DNA of 36,605 bases, from NCBI GenBank assembly GCA_947589205.1, contig CANQCJ010000001.1, positions 1 through 36,605 of the forward strand, read 5' to 3'. Numbering within the stretch: the stretch's first letter is position 1; the number at the start of each line of letters is the position of its first letter. The notes beneath the pieces are model-generated. The model had not been told where the DNA came from, ran no database searches, and saw nothing but the letters and a program-made list of their open reading frames with translations. Of the stretch, positions 17,065-27,115 are shown one piece after another. The DNA is from an uncultured Ruminococcus sp. GTDB lineage: Bacteria; Bacillota; Clostridia; Oscillospirales; Ruminococcaceae. The translations under genes were made by a program, and so were the position numbers.

Positions 17065-20000
17065 TTACTTCTCCAATATCTCCCCCAAGACCTCCAGCAT
17101 CTTGTCGATATCTATAGGCTTAGGCAGATAATCGTTCATGCCCGCTTCTATGACGCGCTTTTTGTCCTCCTCGAAGGCGTTCGCGGTCATCGCGATTATC
17201 GGGATATCCGCAAGCGCTTTGTCGCTCATCGCGCGTATCGTCCGCGCCGCGTCGTAGCCGTCCATTACCGGCATCTGTATATCCATAAGCACAAGATCGT
17301 AGCTCCTCTTGACAAGCATATCGCAGCATTCCCTGCCGTTTTCGGCGCAGTCGACTTCAAAGCCCGCCTCGGAAAGTATCTCGGAGGCTATCTCGCGGTT
17401 AAGCTCGTTGTCCTCTGCAAGAAGTATACGCTTTCCGCTGAAAACATATTCCTTGGACTGCTGAGGCTCGTCAGCCTTTTCGGTCTTGCCGAGACTCGTT
17501 TCAAGCGCGCGGTGAAGATCCGACACGAACAGCGGCTTGCTGATAAAATCGGTAACTCCCGCCTGACGCGCGTCCTTTTCAATATCCGACCAGTCGTATG
17601 CCGTCATTAAAATTATCGGAGATTCGCCGCCTACTACCTTTCTTATCTGCCGTACCGTTTCTATACCGTCCATATCCGGCATTGACCAGTCGACTATATA
17701 AACATGGAACGGATCTGCAAGATCCTCCGCTTCCTCGGCTCTTACTACCGCTTCTCTGCCCGACATCGTCCACTCGGCTCTCATGCCGATATGCCGCAGC
17801 ATTCCCGCTACGCTCTGACAGCTGACAAGATCGTCGTCCACGACAAGACTTCTGAATCCCGCAAGCTCAGAGATCATACCGACCTCGCTCGTTCCCGAAG
17901 CAATTTTCAGCTCCAGCTCGACGGTAAATTCCGTACCCTTGCCCTGCTCGCTTTTAACGCTTATCCTGCCGTTCATCATATCGACGATGGTTTTCGTTAT
18001 CGCCATGCCCAGACCCGTGCCCTGTATTCCGCTGACGGTGGAGCTGCGTTCTCTCGTAAACGGCTCGAAAATGGTCTTTGCAAATTCCTCGCTCATGCCG
18101 ATGCCGTTGTCCTTTACTCTGAATTCATAGACCGCACAGCCGCTCTTTTCGGACGGCTTTTGCTTTACTAAGATAGACACCGTGCCGCCCGGGTCGGTGA
18201 ATTTTATCGCGTTGGAAACTAAATTTAAAAGTATCTGATTTATCCTAAGCTTGTCGCAGAAGATATCCTCGTTGCTCACGTTGACGGTATCTATAAAAAG
18301 CTCCATGTGCTTTGCGTGTATATCCGTCTGGATAATGTTTCTTAGTCCCTGCAATATCTCGGGAAGATTCGCCGGGTGCTCCTCTATCGTCACCTTGCCC
18401 GCTTCAATGCGGCTCATATCGAGAATATCGTTTATTAGACTTAGCAGATGATTTGAAGCCTGCGTAATTTTGTCGAGGTAATCGAGAGCGCGGTCTCGGT
18501 TGTCGAGGTGGGTGGTCGCGAGCGCGGTGAAGCCGATTATCGCGTTCATCGGGGTGCGTATATCGTGCGACATATTGTTTAAAAACGTCGTCTTTGCGCG
18601 GTTGGCAGAATCCGCCGCTTCGAGCGCGGCTTCAAGCTCCTTGGTCTTGCTTTCAAGCTCTTTAGTTTTGCTCTCAAGCTCCTTTGTCGCCTGAGCTATC
18701 TCGACCTGCAAACGCTTCTGCGAAGCCATTCGCCAGATAAGCAGTATCGTCACCGTTATGAACGCAAACAAAAACGCTAAAGCTATCAGCACATATATCG
18801 GGTGATTATATATGTAGCCGGTAAGCGTGAACGTATAATCGCCAATGCTCCCCTCTACCTCCTCGCGGATAAGCGAGGACAGCTCGCGGCTGTTTACGCC
18901 GGAAATGCACTTGTTCATGATAGAAAGCAGCATACTTGCATTGTCTGCCTTTTTGTTTATGCCGTACACCAGCGAGACCGAGCCTAACTGCGAAGCCGAC
19001 AGGTTATTCTTTTCGTCCTCGCGCAGTATGCTCTCCGCCATGTATGAATAGGCGGGTATCGCGTCCGCCTCGCCTCGGTCGAGCGCGGCAAGGCAATCCG
19101 CCATCGTCGGGAAGATCATCACCTTTTTTTCGGGGAAATATTCCTTGATATATTCACTGAGCGTCGGATAATCCTCGGTAAGCGCGAATGTCGAGATCTC
19201 TCCCTTATGGTCCGAACGCGTTATCTGCGAAAAGCTTGCGTCATAATAGGACGAGGTTATCGCATAGCCCTCCTGCTCGGCGAGGTAATGATTCTCGGTG
19301 TAATCGAGTACGATATCCGCTTCTCCCTGCCTGCGGATACGGTAATAGTCCGCCTGATCCTCGGCTTGTATATATTCATAGGGCAGCGAAATTCTTTTTA
19401 TCAGCGCTTCAAATACCGCCGGGTAGATGCCGTCGGCCTTGCCGGTCTTTTCGTCAAAATAGGAATACGGCGGGCGGGCGGGGTTTACTAATATTTTAAG
19501 CTTCCCTCCGGAATTTTTAAACTCCTCGATAAATTCTCTTTCGGAAGCCGACAGCACGAGATTTCCCGCCGTGTCGGAGGAATAATATTTTTTCTTCAGA
19601 TCGTTCCTCCAATCGGGAACGTATTCGTCCATAAGCGCGATAGCTTGGTCTATCTGCTCCATAAGCTCCGTATCCTCTTTGTTGGTGCAGATATAAAACG
19701 GCGTGGGCGAAATGCTTTCCACCAGCCATTCGTTTTCGAGAGCGCGCAGACTTCCGCTGACCGCCGCGTCGACCTCTCCGCTTTGAAGCGCGCCTGTCAG
19801 CTCGTCGTTCGTATCAAAATACACCGGTTCAAAATCAAAGGAATTTTCCTTGGCAAATTCTTCAAACGTATCGTTTTTGGAATTGCCCTCGAGCATACCT
19901 ATTTTCTTTCCGTCATAGGTGCTGTATTTTCCCGCGATTATATCAGTGCTGCCGGACTTTACCGTCATTATCGTGGAATTGTAGCCGATATTTTTTTCGG

Positions 20001-20328
20001 AAAACAAAAATTCCATTTCCCGCTCGGGCGTTTTGCTCACACTCGTTACAATATCCACTTCACCGTTTTTGAGCATTTCAAGACAATCCGCATAGGAGCT
20101 TTCATAGCCGATATATTCATAGCTGAAATTAGTATGCGCGCTTATCTCCTGCAAAAGGTCGTAGCCGTAACCGCTCAGCTCTCCGTCCTCGTTTCTCTGG
20201 TGATACCCCGAAAACTCGAAGAACCCCACACGCACCCTCTGACCCTCCGCAAAAGCCGTGAGCCGCGCCGGAACGCCGCTGAACAGCAGCACCGCCGCGC
20301 AGGCTATGCTAATTATCCTTTTTATCAT
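17065..20328 (-). CDS. Hybrid sensor histidine kinase (two SBP family 3-like domains, TM, HisKA, HATPase, two receivers)
   Basis: Signal peptide, GYGYDLL/GEVDI, FLNNMSHDIRTPMN, NLVSNAIKFT, DNGIGM, GTGLG, and receivers VDWSMPDMDG and MDIQMPVMDG. Confidence 0.93.
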   Translation of the reverse strand: MIKRIISIACAAVLLFSGVPARLTAFAEGQRVRVGFFEFSGYHQRNEDGELSGYGYDLLQEISAHTNFSYEYIGYESSYADCLEMLKNGEVDIVTSVSKTPEREMEFLFSEKNIGYNSTIMTVKSGSTDIIAGKYSTYDGKKIGMLEGNSKNDTFEEFAKENSFDFEPVYFDTNDELTGALQSGEVDAAVSGSLRALENEWLVESISPTPFYICTNKEDTELMEQIDQAIALMDEYVPDWRNDLKKKYYSSDTAGNLVLSASEREFIEEFKNSGGKLKILVNPARPPYSYFDEKTGKADGIYPAVFEALIKRISLPYEYIQAEDQADYYRIRRQGEADIVLDYTENHYLAEQEGYAITSSYYDASFSQITRSDHKGEISTFALTEDYPTLSEYIKEYFPEKKVMIFPTMADCLAALDRGEADAIPAYSYMAESILREDEKNNLSASQLGSVSLVYGINKKADNASMLLSIMNKCISGVNSRELSSLIREEVEGSIGDYTFTLTGYIYNHPIYVLIALAFLFAFITVTILLIWRMASQKRLQVEIAQATKELESKTKELESKTKELEAALEAADSANRAKTTFLNNMSHDIRTPMNAIIGFTALATTHLDNRDRALDYLDKITQASNHLLSLINDILDMSRIEAGKVTIEEHPANLPEILQGLRNIIQTDIHAKHMELFIDTVNVSNEDIFCDKLRINQILLNLVSNAIKFTDPGGTVSILVKQKPSEKSGCAVYEFRVKDNGIGMSEEFAKTIFEPFTRERSSTVSGIQGTGLGMAITKTIVDMMNGRISVKSEQGKGTEFTVELELKIASGTSEVGMISELAGFRSLVVDDDLVSCQSVAGMLRHIGMRAEWTMSGREAVVRAEEAEDLADPFHVYIVDWSMPDMDGIETVRQIRKVVGGESPIILMTAYDWSDIEKDARQAGVTDFISKPLFVSDLHRALETSLGKTEKADEPQQSKEYVFSGKRILLAEDNELNREIASEILSEAGFEVDCAENGRECCDMLVKRSYDLVLMDIQMPVMDGYDAARTIRAMSDKALADIPIIAMTANAFEEDKKRVIEAGMNDYLPKPIDIDKMLEVLGEILEK

Positions 20329-20364
20329 TGTTTTTCCGCGCCTTTCGCTGTTTTTGTATATTTA

Positions 20365-20492
20365 ATTATAACATATAAGCAAACCAAAGTCAATGAAAAA
20401 AGATTAAAAAAATAGAGCGTTTTTTTAGTCAAGCAAATTTTACAAAATCAATAAAATTTGAATTTGCGTTTTTTTGTCGGGTCTGATATAAT
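20365..20492. promoter_or_regulatory. Divergent sigma-A promoters (kinase on -, ThiF/MoeB on +)
   Basis: Minus TTGACT(20393-20388)-17bp-TATAAT; plus TTGCGT(20464)-17bp-TATAAT(20487) with extended -10 TG. Confidence 0.65.
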
Positions 20493-20513
20493 TATTATCA
20501 GCGGGGTGATAAT

Positions 20514-21266
20514 ATGATTTTCAGCGAAAACCAAAGGGAACGCTATTCGCGGCATTTTGCGCTCGATGAGATCGGGGTCTCCGGGCAGGAAAAATTGAGA
20601 GAAGCAAAAATTCTCGTCATCGGCGCGGGAGGTCTCGGGTCTCCGGCGGCGCTGTATCTTGCGGCGGCGGGCGTTGGAACGTTAGGCATTGCAGACGCCG
20701 ACTGCGTAGAGCTGTCGAATTTGCAGCGGCAGATACTTCACGGTGAAAAGGATATCGGTACGGCTAAGACCGCTTCGGCTAAGACGGCTTTGGAGGATCT
20801 GAACCCCGGCACGGAGGTCCTGACATTTCAAAGCTTTGTCGATGAAGCTAATATTGACGAGCTTATAAGCGGCTTTGATTTTGTGCTCGACTGCACCGAC
20901 AGCGCGGGGACAAAATTTGTGATAAACGACGCCTGCGCAAAGGCGAAAAAGCCCTTTTGCCACGCCGGAGTTATCCGCTTCGGCGGTCAGCTCATGACCT
21001 ATATCCCCGAAAAAAGCTGCTGTCTGCGGTGTCTTTTCAAAGACCCGCCGAATGAAAGCGATGTGCCCAAGTGCCGCAGCGTCGGCGTTATCGGCGCGGC
21101 GTGTGGTGTTATCGGCTCGCTTCAGGCTCTCGAAGCGGTAAAGTACATAACCGGCGCGGGCGGCACGCTTGACAACGAGCTGCTGACCTTTGACGGGCTT
21201 AGAATGAATTTCAGAAAAATAAAGCTTCCCCCTCCGGACGAAAATTGTCCGTCCTGCGGAAAATAA
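20514..21266 (+). CDS. ThiF/MoeB/HesA family adenylyltransferase
   Basis: RYSRH, GAGGLG, SNLQRQ, DCTD, and two CxxC zinc pairs; no C-terminal rhodanese domain. Confidence 0.92.
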   Translation: MIFSENQRERYSRHFALDEIGVSGQEKLREAKILVIGAGGLGSPAALYLAAAGVGTLGIADADCVELSNLQRQILHGEKDIGTAKTASAKTALEDLNPGTEVLTFQSFVDEANIDELISGFDFVLDCTDSAGTKFVINDACAKAKKPFCHAGVIRFGGQLMTYIPEKSCCLRCLFKDPPNESDVPKCRSVGVIGAACGVIGSLQALEAVKYITGAGGTLDNELLTFDGLRMNFRKIKLPPPDENCPSCGK

Positions 21267-21271
21267 CAGCG

Positions 21272-21305
21272 TTCCCCCGCCGAAAAAAAGCGGGGGAGGT
21301 TTTTT
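21272..21305. terminator. Terminator between convergent genes
   Basis: ccccgc...gcgggg hairpin followed by a T-tract on +. Confidence 0.6.
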
Positions 21306-22447
21306 TACATATCATCGTAAAAATCAAGAAAGGTATGCACCTGCTTGTTGTATTTGAATTTTATAACGGCGTTGAGGTCTACGTTTTCAACGCTTCGGAA
21401 AATGTTCATCTCCACCTGCTCGTTGACCTTTTTGAGGTCGGCGATGAGCTGCTTTATCTCCTGACGCTTTGAGACCGGGCGGTCGGGGGAGCAGGTGGTG
21501 CAGGTGTCGGTGAAGCGGCAGGCGCATTGGATAAAATGCAGGTCGTTGTAATCACGCCAATGCTTTATCTCGTCCTCGCGGATAAGATACATCGGTCGGA
21601 TTATCTCCATGCCCTCAAAATTATCGCTGTGCAGCTTAGGCATCATCGTGCGCACCTGTCCGCCGTAGAGCATACTCATGAGCGTCGTTTCGATAACATC
21701 GTCAAAGTGGTGACCGAGAGCTATCTTGTTGCAGCCCAGCTCCTTGGCGCGGTTGTAAAGATGACCGCGGCGCATTCGGGCGCAGAGATAGCAGGCGTTT
21801 TTTCCGACGTTGTAGACCGACTGAAAAATATCCGTTTCAAAAACCGTTATCGGAATAGACATCGAAGCGGCGTTTTTTTCAATGACCATGCGGTTTTCGG
21901 GGCTGTAGCCGGGATCCATCACGAGAAAGACAAGCTCGAACGGGAATTTGTCGTGGCGCTTCATTTCCTGAAAAAGCTTCGCCATGAGCATGGAATCCTT
22001 TCCGCCGGAAATGCAGACGGCGATCCTGTCTCCCGGGAGGACGAGCTTGTAGGTCAGCACCGCCTTGGCGAATTTGCTCCATAACGTCTGCTTGAATTTT
22101 TTTCTGATGCTCTCCTCGACCCGCTCCGTTATCTCGCGGTTTTCGAGCTTTTCTCTCAGCCATTCGGCATAGCCGCCGCTGAGACTGAGCGCGTCATACC
22201 CTTTTTCGCGCAGTCTGAGAGCCGTCTCGCGGCTTATAACGCCTACGCGGCAGTAGATAACGAGTTTTTTATCTACAGACGCTTTTATTATATCGGGCAG
22301 GGTCTCGCTTTCAAGCTCGTTCTGCTCAACGTTGACGGCTCCGGCTATATGACCGTATTCAAACGAATAGCTGTCTCGCATATCTATCAGCAGGCAGCTG
22401 TCCTTTTCCAATTCTGCCAGCTGCCTGACCGTTATTTCATTTTCCAT
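21305..22447 (-). CDS. ttcA: Rhodanese-TtcA fusion (tRNA thiolase-like PP-loop ATPase)
   Basis: N-terminal rhodanese (IDMR, GHIAGA, YCRVG, LSGGY); SGGKDS PP-loop, CYLCARMRRG, GHHFDD, IIRPM and a Cys-rich C-terminal motif. Confidence 0.8.
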   Translation of the reverse strand: MENEITVRQLAELEKDSCLLIDMRDSYSFEYGHIAGAVNVEQNELESETLPDIIKASVDKKLVIYCRVGVISRETALRLREKGYDALSLSGGYAEWLREKLENREITERVEESIRKKFKQTLWSKFAKAVLTYKLVLPGDRIAVCISGGKDSMLMAKLFQEMKRHDKFPFELVFLVMDPGYSPENRMVIEKNAASMSIPITVFETDIFQSVYNVGKNACYLCARMRRGHLYNRAKELGCNKIALGHHFDDVIETTLMSMLYGGQVRTMMPKLHSDNFEGMEIIRPMYLIREDEIKHWRDYNDLHFIQCACRFTDTCTTCSPDRPVSKRQEIKQLIADLKKVNEQVEMNIFRSVENVDLNAVIKFKYNKQVHTFLDFYDDM

Positions 22448-23073
22448 TAGCTTTCCTCCAAAAAATTTTGATCCGGCTGCTGCCCGTCATGGGCTTTCCA
22501 GGCGCAATCGGTAAATTCAAAATCGGTGAAAACGGCTTTAAAGGAAGAATTTTCCGGGGAACAGGCGTATATGCCAAAGCTTATCTCGCTTCCGCCCTCG
22601 AGCAGGTGACAGACGCGCATTTGCTTCCAGCTTTCGCCGTCATCGGAGCATTCAATGCGAAAATCAGCCTCCCGCCTGCTTAATCTGTACCACATCGTTT
22701 TGACGTCGGCGGGTATCTCGGTCGTCGCCCAGTCCGAATAGCCGTGGTTGGTGACGACGCTGCCCAAATGACCGAAGCGGTCGTTTTCGTATTCGACCGA
22801 GGCTTTCAGCCAGTTTTCACTGTCAAGATAAACGGCTATGCCGCACTGGTCAAAGCGGCGGCGGGCATCTGAAAAGTCGGTCTTAACGACAAAGCTGAAA
22901 TATCTGTCTATCGTCTTGGTCTGAAAGACCGGGGCGTTGTCGTTCCTGAAATTGTAGTAGGTGCGCTGCCAGATGTCGGTGTGGGGGTTGGTCTCGATGA
23001 TCAGCGTGCCGGCAGTCACCGTGAGCGTCTTAGGCTCGCGCGTCCATTGGAAATTATGTGATTTGATAAGCAT
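22447..23073 (-). CDS. DUF1349 domain protein
   Basis: TDIWQRTYYNF, FDQCG, WLKASVE, GSVVTNHGYSDW and GIYACSP motifs. Confidence 0.8.
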   Translation of the reverse strand: MLIKSHNFQWTREPKTLTVTAGTLIIETNPHTDIWQRTYYNFRNDNAPVFQTKTIDRYFSFVVKTDFSDARRRFDQCGIAVYLDSENWLKASVEYENDRFGHLGSVVTNHGYSDWATTEIPADVKTMWYRLSRREADFRIECSDDGESWKQMRVCHLLEGGSEISFGIYACSPENSSFKAVFTDFEFTDCAWKAHDGQQPDQNFLEES

Positions 23074-23093
23074 AAATTTTACTCCTTACCTTA

Positions 23094-24446
23094 TTATAAT
23101 AGCGATCCGCTCTGCGCAAATTTTTCGCACTCGGCGACAAAGCCTTCGGCGGCAGAAACGTCGGCATAAAAATAAAAGTGCGGAAAGCCGGCGTAAAGGC
23201 GTTGGGCCGCGTGAGCGCATTTGTAGGTCGTACCGTTGGTTTTTTCTGCCAGAAAATCGCCGCCGCAGTCTTCGCTGTCCCAGTAGTGGTATTCGTGGGC
23301 GGCGAGGGTGTGACCCGCTTTGCAAAGTAAATTGTCGCGCTCGGCGGTCAATTTGACATATCCGAAGCGCGAAAGTCGGTCGGTCTTGTAAGCGCGTGAG
23401 GGAATAACGCCCGCGCCGCGGTAAAATTTGCCGTTTTCTCCTTGAAATTGCTCGTGCAGGTAAATAAATCCGCCGCATTCGGCGATCATCGGCATTTTTC
23501 GCTCGGCGGCTGACCTTATCTCGTCAAGCATCGAAACGTTTTCACTCAACCGTTCGGCGTAAAGCTCCGGGTAGCCGCCGCAGAGGATCAGACCCGCGCA
23601 GCCTTTTGGCAAATTTTTGTCGGTCAGCGGCGAAAAAAACGCAAGCCGACAGCCGAGCTTTTCAAGCAATTCAAGGTTTTCGGCGTACTCAAAGCAGAAC
23701 GCCGCGTCCTTTGAGACGGCGATAAGCGGCTTCGTTTTGGCAAAATTTGCGCGGATCTCGGGCTCATGAGAGCGCGGGGCGGGGCGTTCGCAGGCGTCAA
23801 GCAGCTCGTCAAGCAGAATATTTTCCCGCGCAAGCTCGCCGAGACGGCGCAGCTTTTCTTCAATTTCGGCAATTTCATCGGCGGTGACAAGTCCGAGACG
23901 GCGGCTCTCGAAAACGATATCGGTTTTCGGCAGAAACCCAAAGCAGCGCGTTCCGAGACGCGCGCAAAGGTCTTTAGCAAGCGGGAGCTGCCGCTCGGAC
24001 AGGCGGTTGAAGATAAAACCGATAATGTTGTTGGGCTTTTCAAAGCCGAGAAAGCCGCTCATGACCGCGCCGAGCGACTCGCCGATGCCCTTGCAGTCGA
24101 CGACGAGGACGGCGGGGGTGTCGGTTATCAATGAAACCGAGTGAGCAGAACCGCGTCCGCGCGCGCCGTCATAAAAACCCATGACCCCTTCGATCACAGA
24201 AATATCGGCATTTTTGGAATATTCAGCTAAAATATGACATAAAATGTTATCGGCGCAGAAAAAACTGTCAAGATTATGCGCGGGGGTATTGGTAATTTTT
24301 GAAAAAAACATCGGGTCTATGTAGTCCGGTCCGCACTTAAACGCAGAAACGCGCAGTCCCATACCGCAAAGCGCGCTCAAAAGCGCGCAGGTGACGGTAG
24401 TTTTTCCGCAGCCGCTGTGCGTTCCGCCGATGAGAAAACGCTTCAT
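23094..24446 (-). CDS. cbiA: Cobyrinate a,c-diamide synthase
   Basis: SGCGKTT, FKCGPDYIDP, IEGVMGFYDG, GGYPE, AECGG and HEYHY motifs. Confidence 0.93.
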   Translation of the reverse strand: MKRFLIGGTHSGCGKTTVTCALLSALCGMGLRVSAFKCGPDYIDPMFFSKITNTPAHNLDSFFCADNILCHILAEYSKNADISVIEGVMGFYDGARGRGSAHSVSLITDTPAVLVVDCKGIGESLGAVMSGFLGFEKPNNIIGFIFNRLSERQLPLAKDLCARLGTRCFGFLPKTDIVFESRRLGLVTADEIAEIEEKLRRLGELARENILLDELLDACERPAPRSHEPEIRANFAKTKPLIAVSKDAAFCFEYAENLELLEKLGCRLAFFSPLTDKNLPKGCAGLILCGGYPELYAERLSENVSMLDEIRSAAERKMPMIAECGGFIYLHEQFQGENGKFYRGAGVIPSRAYKTDRLSRFGYVKLTAERDNLLCKAGHTLAAHEYHYWDSEDCGGDFLAEKTNGTTYKCAHAAQRLYAGFPHFYFYADVSAAEGFVAECEKFAQSGSLL

Positions 24447-25642
24447 GTGCCTCCTCCTTTTACCAAAAACACCGGATTTTGTGCAGAAAAAATAGTGTGA
24501 TCTCCTACACGTTTTGCATTTGTGACTAATATTTGGATAATTTCCGGTTCATCGAAACCGTTTTCGGAATACACATTTTGCAGTTCCGAAATCGTTTCAA
24601 GCGAGACGGCTGACGCAACAACGACGGCGTTGGGATTTTTCGCCAGAGCTACGCGCACTATCGCGCTCATTTCGCCGCTCGTGCCGCCAAGAAATACCCT
24701 GTCGGGCGGGTCAAGCGCGGCGAGAATGTCGGGGGCTTTGCCGTGGACGGTCTGAATGTTGTCGCAGTGGAATTTTCTGGCATTTTTCTCGGTCAGCGAA
24801 ACCGCGTTTTCGTTGTGATCGACACTGAAAACCGTTCCCTCGGAGCAACGGAGAGCCATTTCCACCGAGACAGAACCCGTTCCACAGCCGATATCCCAGC
24901 AGATGTCATTTTTGGTAATTTCAAACTTTGAAATTATCTGCGCGCGAACCTCCGAACGGGTCATTGGAATCTCTCCGCGCAAAAATTCACTGTCGGGAAT
25001 GCCGAAACGCGCGCTGCGCTGCGGGTTTTCGTTGAGCACCGCCATGACGCTCAGCTTGGGGTAGTCGCCGTCAGCGAGGGATCCGGTCGTGCCGGAAAAA
25101 ATTTGCTCGGTCGGGTAGGAAAGCTCCGCGCCGATGTGGGCGGTCAGGCCGCCAAGCCCGTAATCGCAAAGCCTTTTGCAGACGTCAGCCGCGGAGGTCT
25201 CGCCGCCGAGAAGAAAAAAAATCAGCTCGTTTTCGGCGCAAAGGCGGGCGATGTTGGCGTTTTTGCCGTGCAGGCTGACGAATTTTGCGTTCTGCCACGG
25301 GAGCTTCAGACGGCTAAAAAAGTATGAGCAAGCGGAAATTCCGCAAACGATTTCGATGTCGTGACCGACAAGCGCTTCGGCAATGCTTTGCGCGCCGCTG
25401 AAGAAGCCGCTGTCGCCGGTGACGAGGACTGCGGCAGTGGAAAATTTCATAGAATTTTCATTAATTATTCTCAAAATTTCCTGCGGCTTCCAAGCGCAGA
25501 AAACGTTTTCGGAACGCCGATCCAACGCGTCCAGCGCGCGCTTCGAGCCGATCAGCAGGTCGGCGGTCTCCGCCGCGCGAACGGCTTCGATCGTCATGTT
25601 ATCAGCGCTGCCCATTCCGACCCCTATAATATAAACCTTCAT
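24443..25642 (-). CDS. cbiET: Precorrin-6Y C5,15-methyltransferase (decarboxylating), CbiE-CbiT fusion
   Basis: IIGVGMG, TGDSGFFS, SLHG, PMTRSEVR and WDIGCGTGSVS motifs. Confidence 0.9.
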   Translation of the reverse strand: MKVYIIGVGMGSADNMTIEAVRAAETADLLIGSKRALDALDRRSENVFCAWKPQEILRIINENSMKFSTAAVLVTGDSGFFSGAQSIAEALVGHDIEIVCGISACSYFFSRLKLPWQNAKFVSLHGKNANIARLCAENELIFFLLGGETSAADVCKRLCDYGLGGLTAHIGAELSYPTEQIFSGTTGSLADGDYPKLSVMAVLNENPQRSARFGIPDSEFLRGEIPMTRSEVRAQIISKFEITKNDICWDIGCGTGSVSVEMALRCSEGTVFSVDHNENAVSLTEKNARKFHCDNIQTVHGKAPDILAALDPPDRVFLGGTSGEMSAIVRVALAKNPNAVVVASAVSLETISELQNVYSENGFDEPEIIQILVTNAKRVGDHTIFSAQNPVFLVKGGGT

Positions 25643-26400
25643 AATACCCCACCATTTTTTATAATTTGCACAATTTCATCAAAGGTTTTGCCACTCTCCT
25701 TGGGCGGTTTGACGGAAAATACAGGTATTCCGCAAATTTTAGCCGCTTCGATTTTTTCCAAATAGCCGCCCGCCGCGCCGCTCTCTTTGGTCAGCAGGAT
25801 CTCCGCACCGCAGGATCTGATGTGTTCGCAGTTTTGCTCAACGCTGAACGGTCCGATCCCGGTCAGGATATGATTGCGCGGCAAACCGAGTTGAACGCAG
25901 CTATCAACGAAATTTTCGTCCGGCAAAACGCGGATAAAAAGACGCTCCTGAAAATTTTTTAACGCAGTGAGCGAGGAAAACTGCCTGCTGCCAAGCACAC
26001 TTAGTATCATTTTATTTGCAAAATCGTTTTCGTTAAGAAATTCCACCAATTTGGAAACGCTTCCGAAAACGTTATCGCTGTAAGATGGCAGCATATCTCG
26101 AACAAGCCTGAAGTGCGCGACCCCGAGCCGTTCGCAGACGGAGTTAATGTTCTCGGTGACCTCAAAGGCATACGGGTGTGTTGCGTCGACAATAAGCGAA
26201 AATTTTTCGCGCACCATAAGGCGTTCAATCGCCGGAGCATCAAGTTTTGAGTTTAATATTTTTATATTTTTACTTCTCGGAAGAAGTTCAACGCCTCGGT
26301 CGGTAGTGACGCTGACGGCTGCTTCAATATCATTTTTATCACAAAACTCAGCAAGCATCCGCCCCTCGGTCGTGCCGCCAAATATCAAAATTTTAAACAT
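25639..26400 (-). CDS. cbiJ: Precorrin-6A reductase
   Basis: IFGGTTEG, VDATHPYA, GPFS and TKESG motifs; start set at ATG 26400 overlapping the cbiH stop. Confidence 0.9.
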   Translation of the reverse strand: MFKILIFGGTTEGRMLAEFCDKNDIEAAVSVTTDRGVELLPRSKNIKILNSKLDAPAIERLMVREKFSLIVDATHPYAFEVTENINSVCERLGVAHFRLVRDMLPSYSDNVFGSVSKLVEFLNENDFANKMILSVLGSRQFSSLTALKNFQERLFIRVLPDENFVDSCVQLGLPRNHILTGIGPFSVEQNCEHIRSCGAEILLTKESGAAGGYLEKIEAAKICGIPVFSVKPPKESGKTFDEIVQIIKNGGVL

Positions 26401-27115
26401 CTTTATAGCCTCGTTCGGTGACAAGCCTGCCGTCGATAATTTTGGTCTGCGAGCTGCCGATAAAGACGGTCGTGAACATATCCGCAGGGCAGCTTCTCAA
26501 CTCAGCTAATGTCACTGCGGCGCTCTCTTCCCCGCTTCTTCCAACGTTTTTAGCATACCCGCACGGGGTATTTGCCGGCAGTATTTCAAGCAGCTTATCA
26601 CAGATGATTTTAAGATGATTCGGTCTGCCCTTTGAAGCGGGATTATAGATCACAATGGTCATGTCGGCGCGTGCCGCGTACTCGATGCGTGTTAAAATTT
26701 TATCCATCGGCGTAAGCAAATCCGATAAGCTTATCACCGCAAAATCGTTTGTGAGCGGCGCACCAAGCAGCGCGCCCGCGCTTAATGCGGAAGTGACTCC
26801 GGCAATAGTTTTCAGTTTAATATTTTTATATTCGATCGCCAGCCGATAAGCGAGAGCAGCCATTCCGTAGACCTCGCTGTCACCGCTGCAAATCAGCGAA
26901 ACAGTCATTTCTGTTGATTTTTCCAACGCATAGCGCACACGCTGAACCTCTTGACGCATTCCTGTGGAAAAATAAGTTTTTTCCGGATAAATTTTCCTCA
27001 TCAGCTCTGTGTAGACGGTATAACCCACAATCAGATCGCTGTTGGCGATAACGTTTTCGGCTTCTATCGTCAATCCCTCGCGGCTTCCGCAGCCGATACC
27101 CACTACATATAGCAT
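26393..27115 (-). CDS. cbiH: Precorrin-3B C17-methyltransferase
   Basis: LYVVGIG, SGDSEVYGMA, GAPLTNDFAVISLSDLLTP, YNP and DMFT motifs. Confidence 0.92.
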   Translation of the reverse strand: MLYVVGIGCGSREGLTIEAENVIANSDLIVGYTVYTELMRKIYPEKTYFSTGMRQEVQRVRYALEKSTEMTVSLICSGDSEVYGMAALAYRLAIEYKNIKLKTIAGVTSALSAGALLGAPLTNDFAVISLSDLLTPMDKILTRIEYAARADMTIVIYNPASKGRPNHLKIICDKLLEILPANTPCGYAKNVGRSGEESAAVTLAELRSCPADMFTTVFIGSSQTKIIDGRLVTERGYKDV

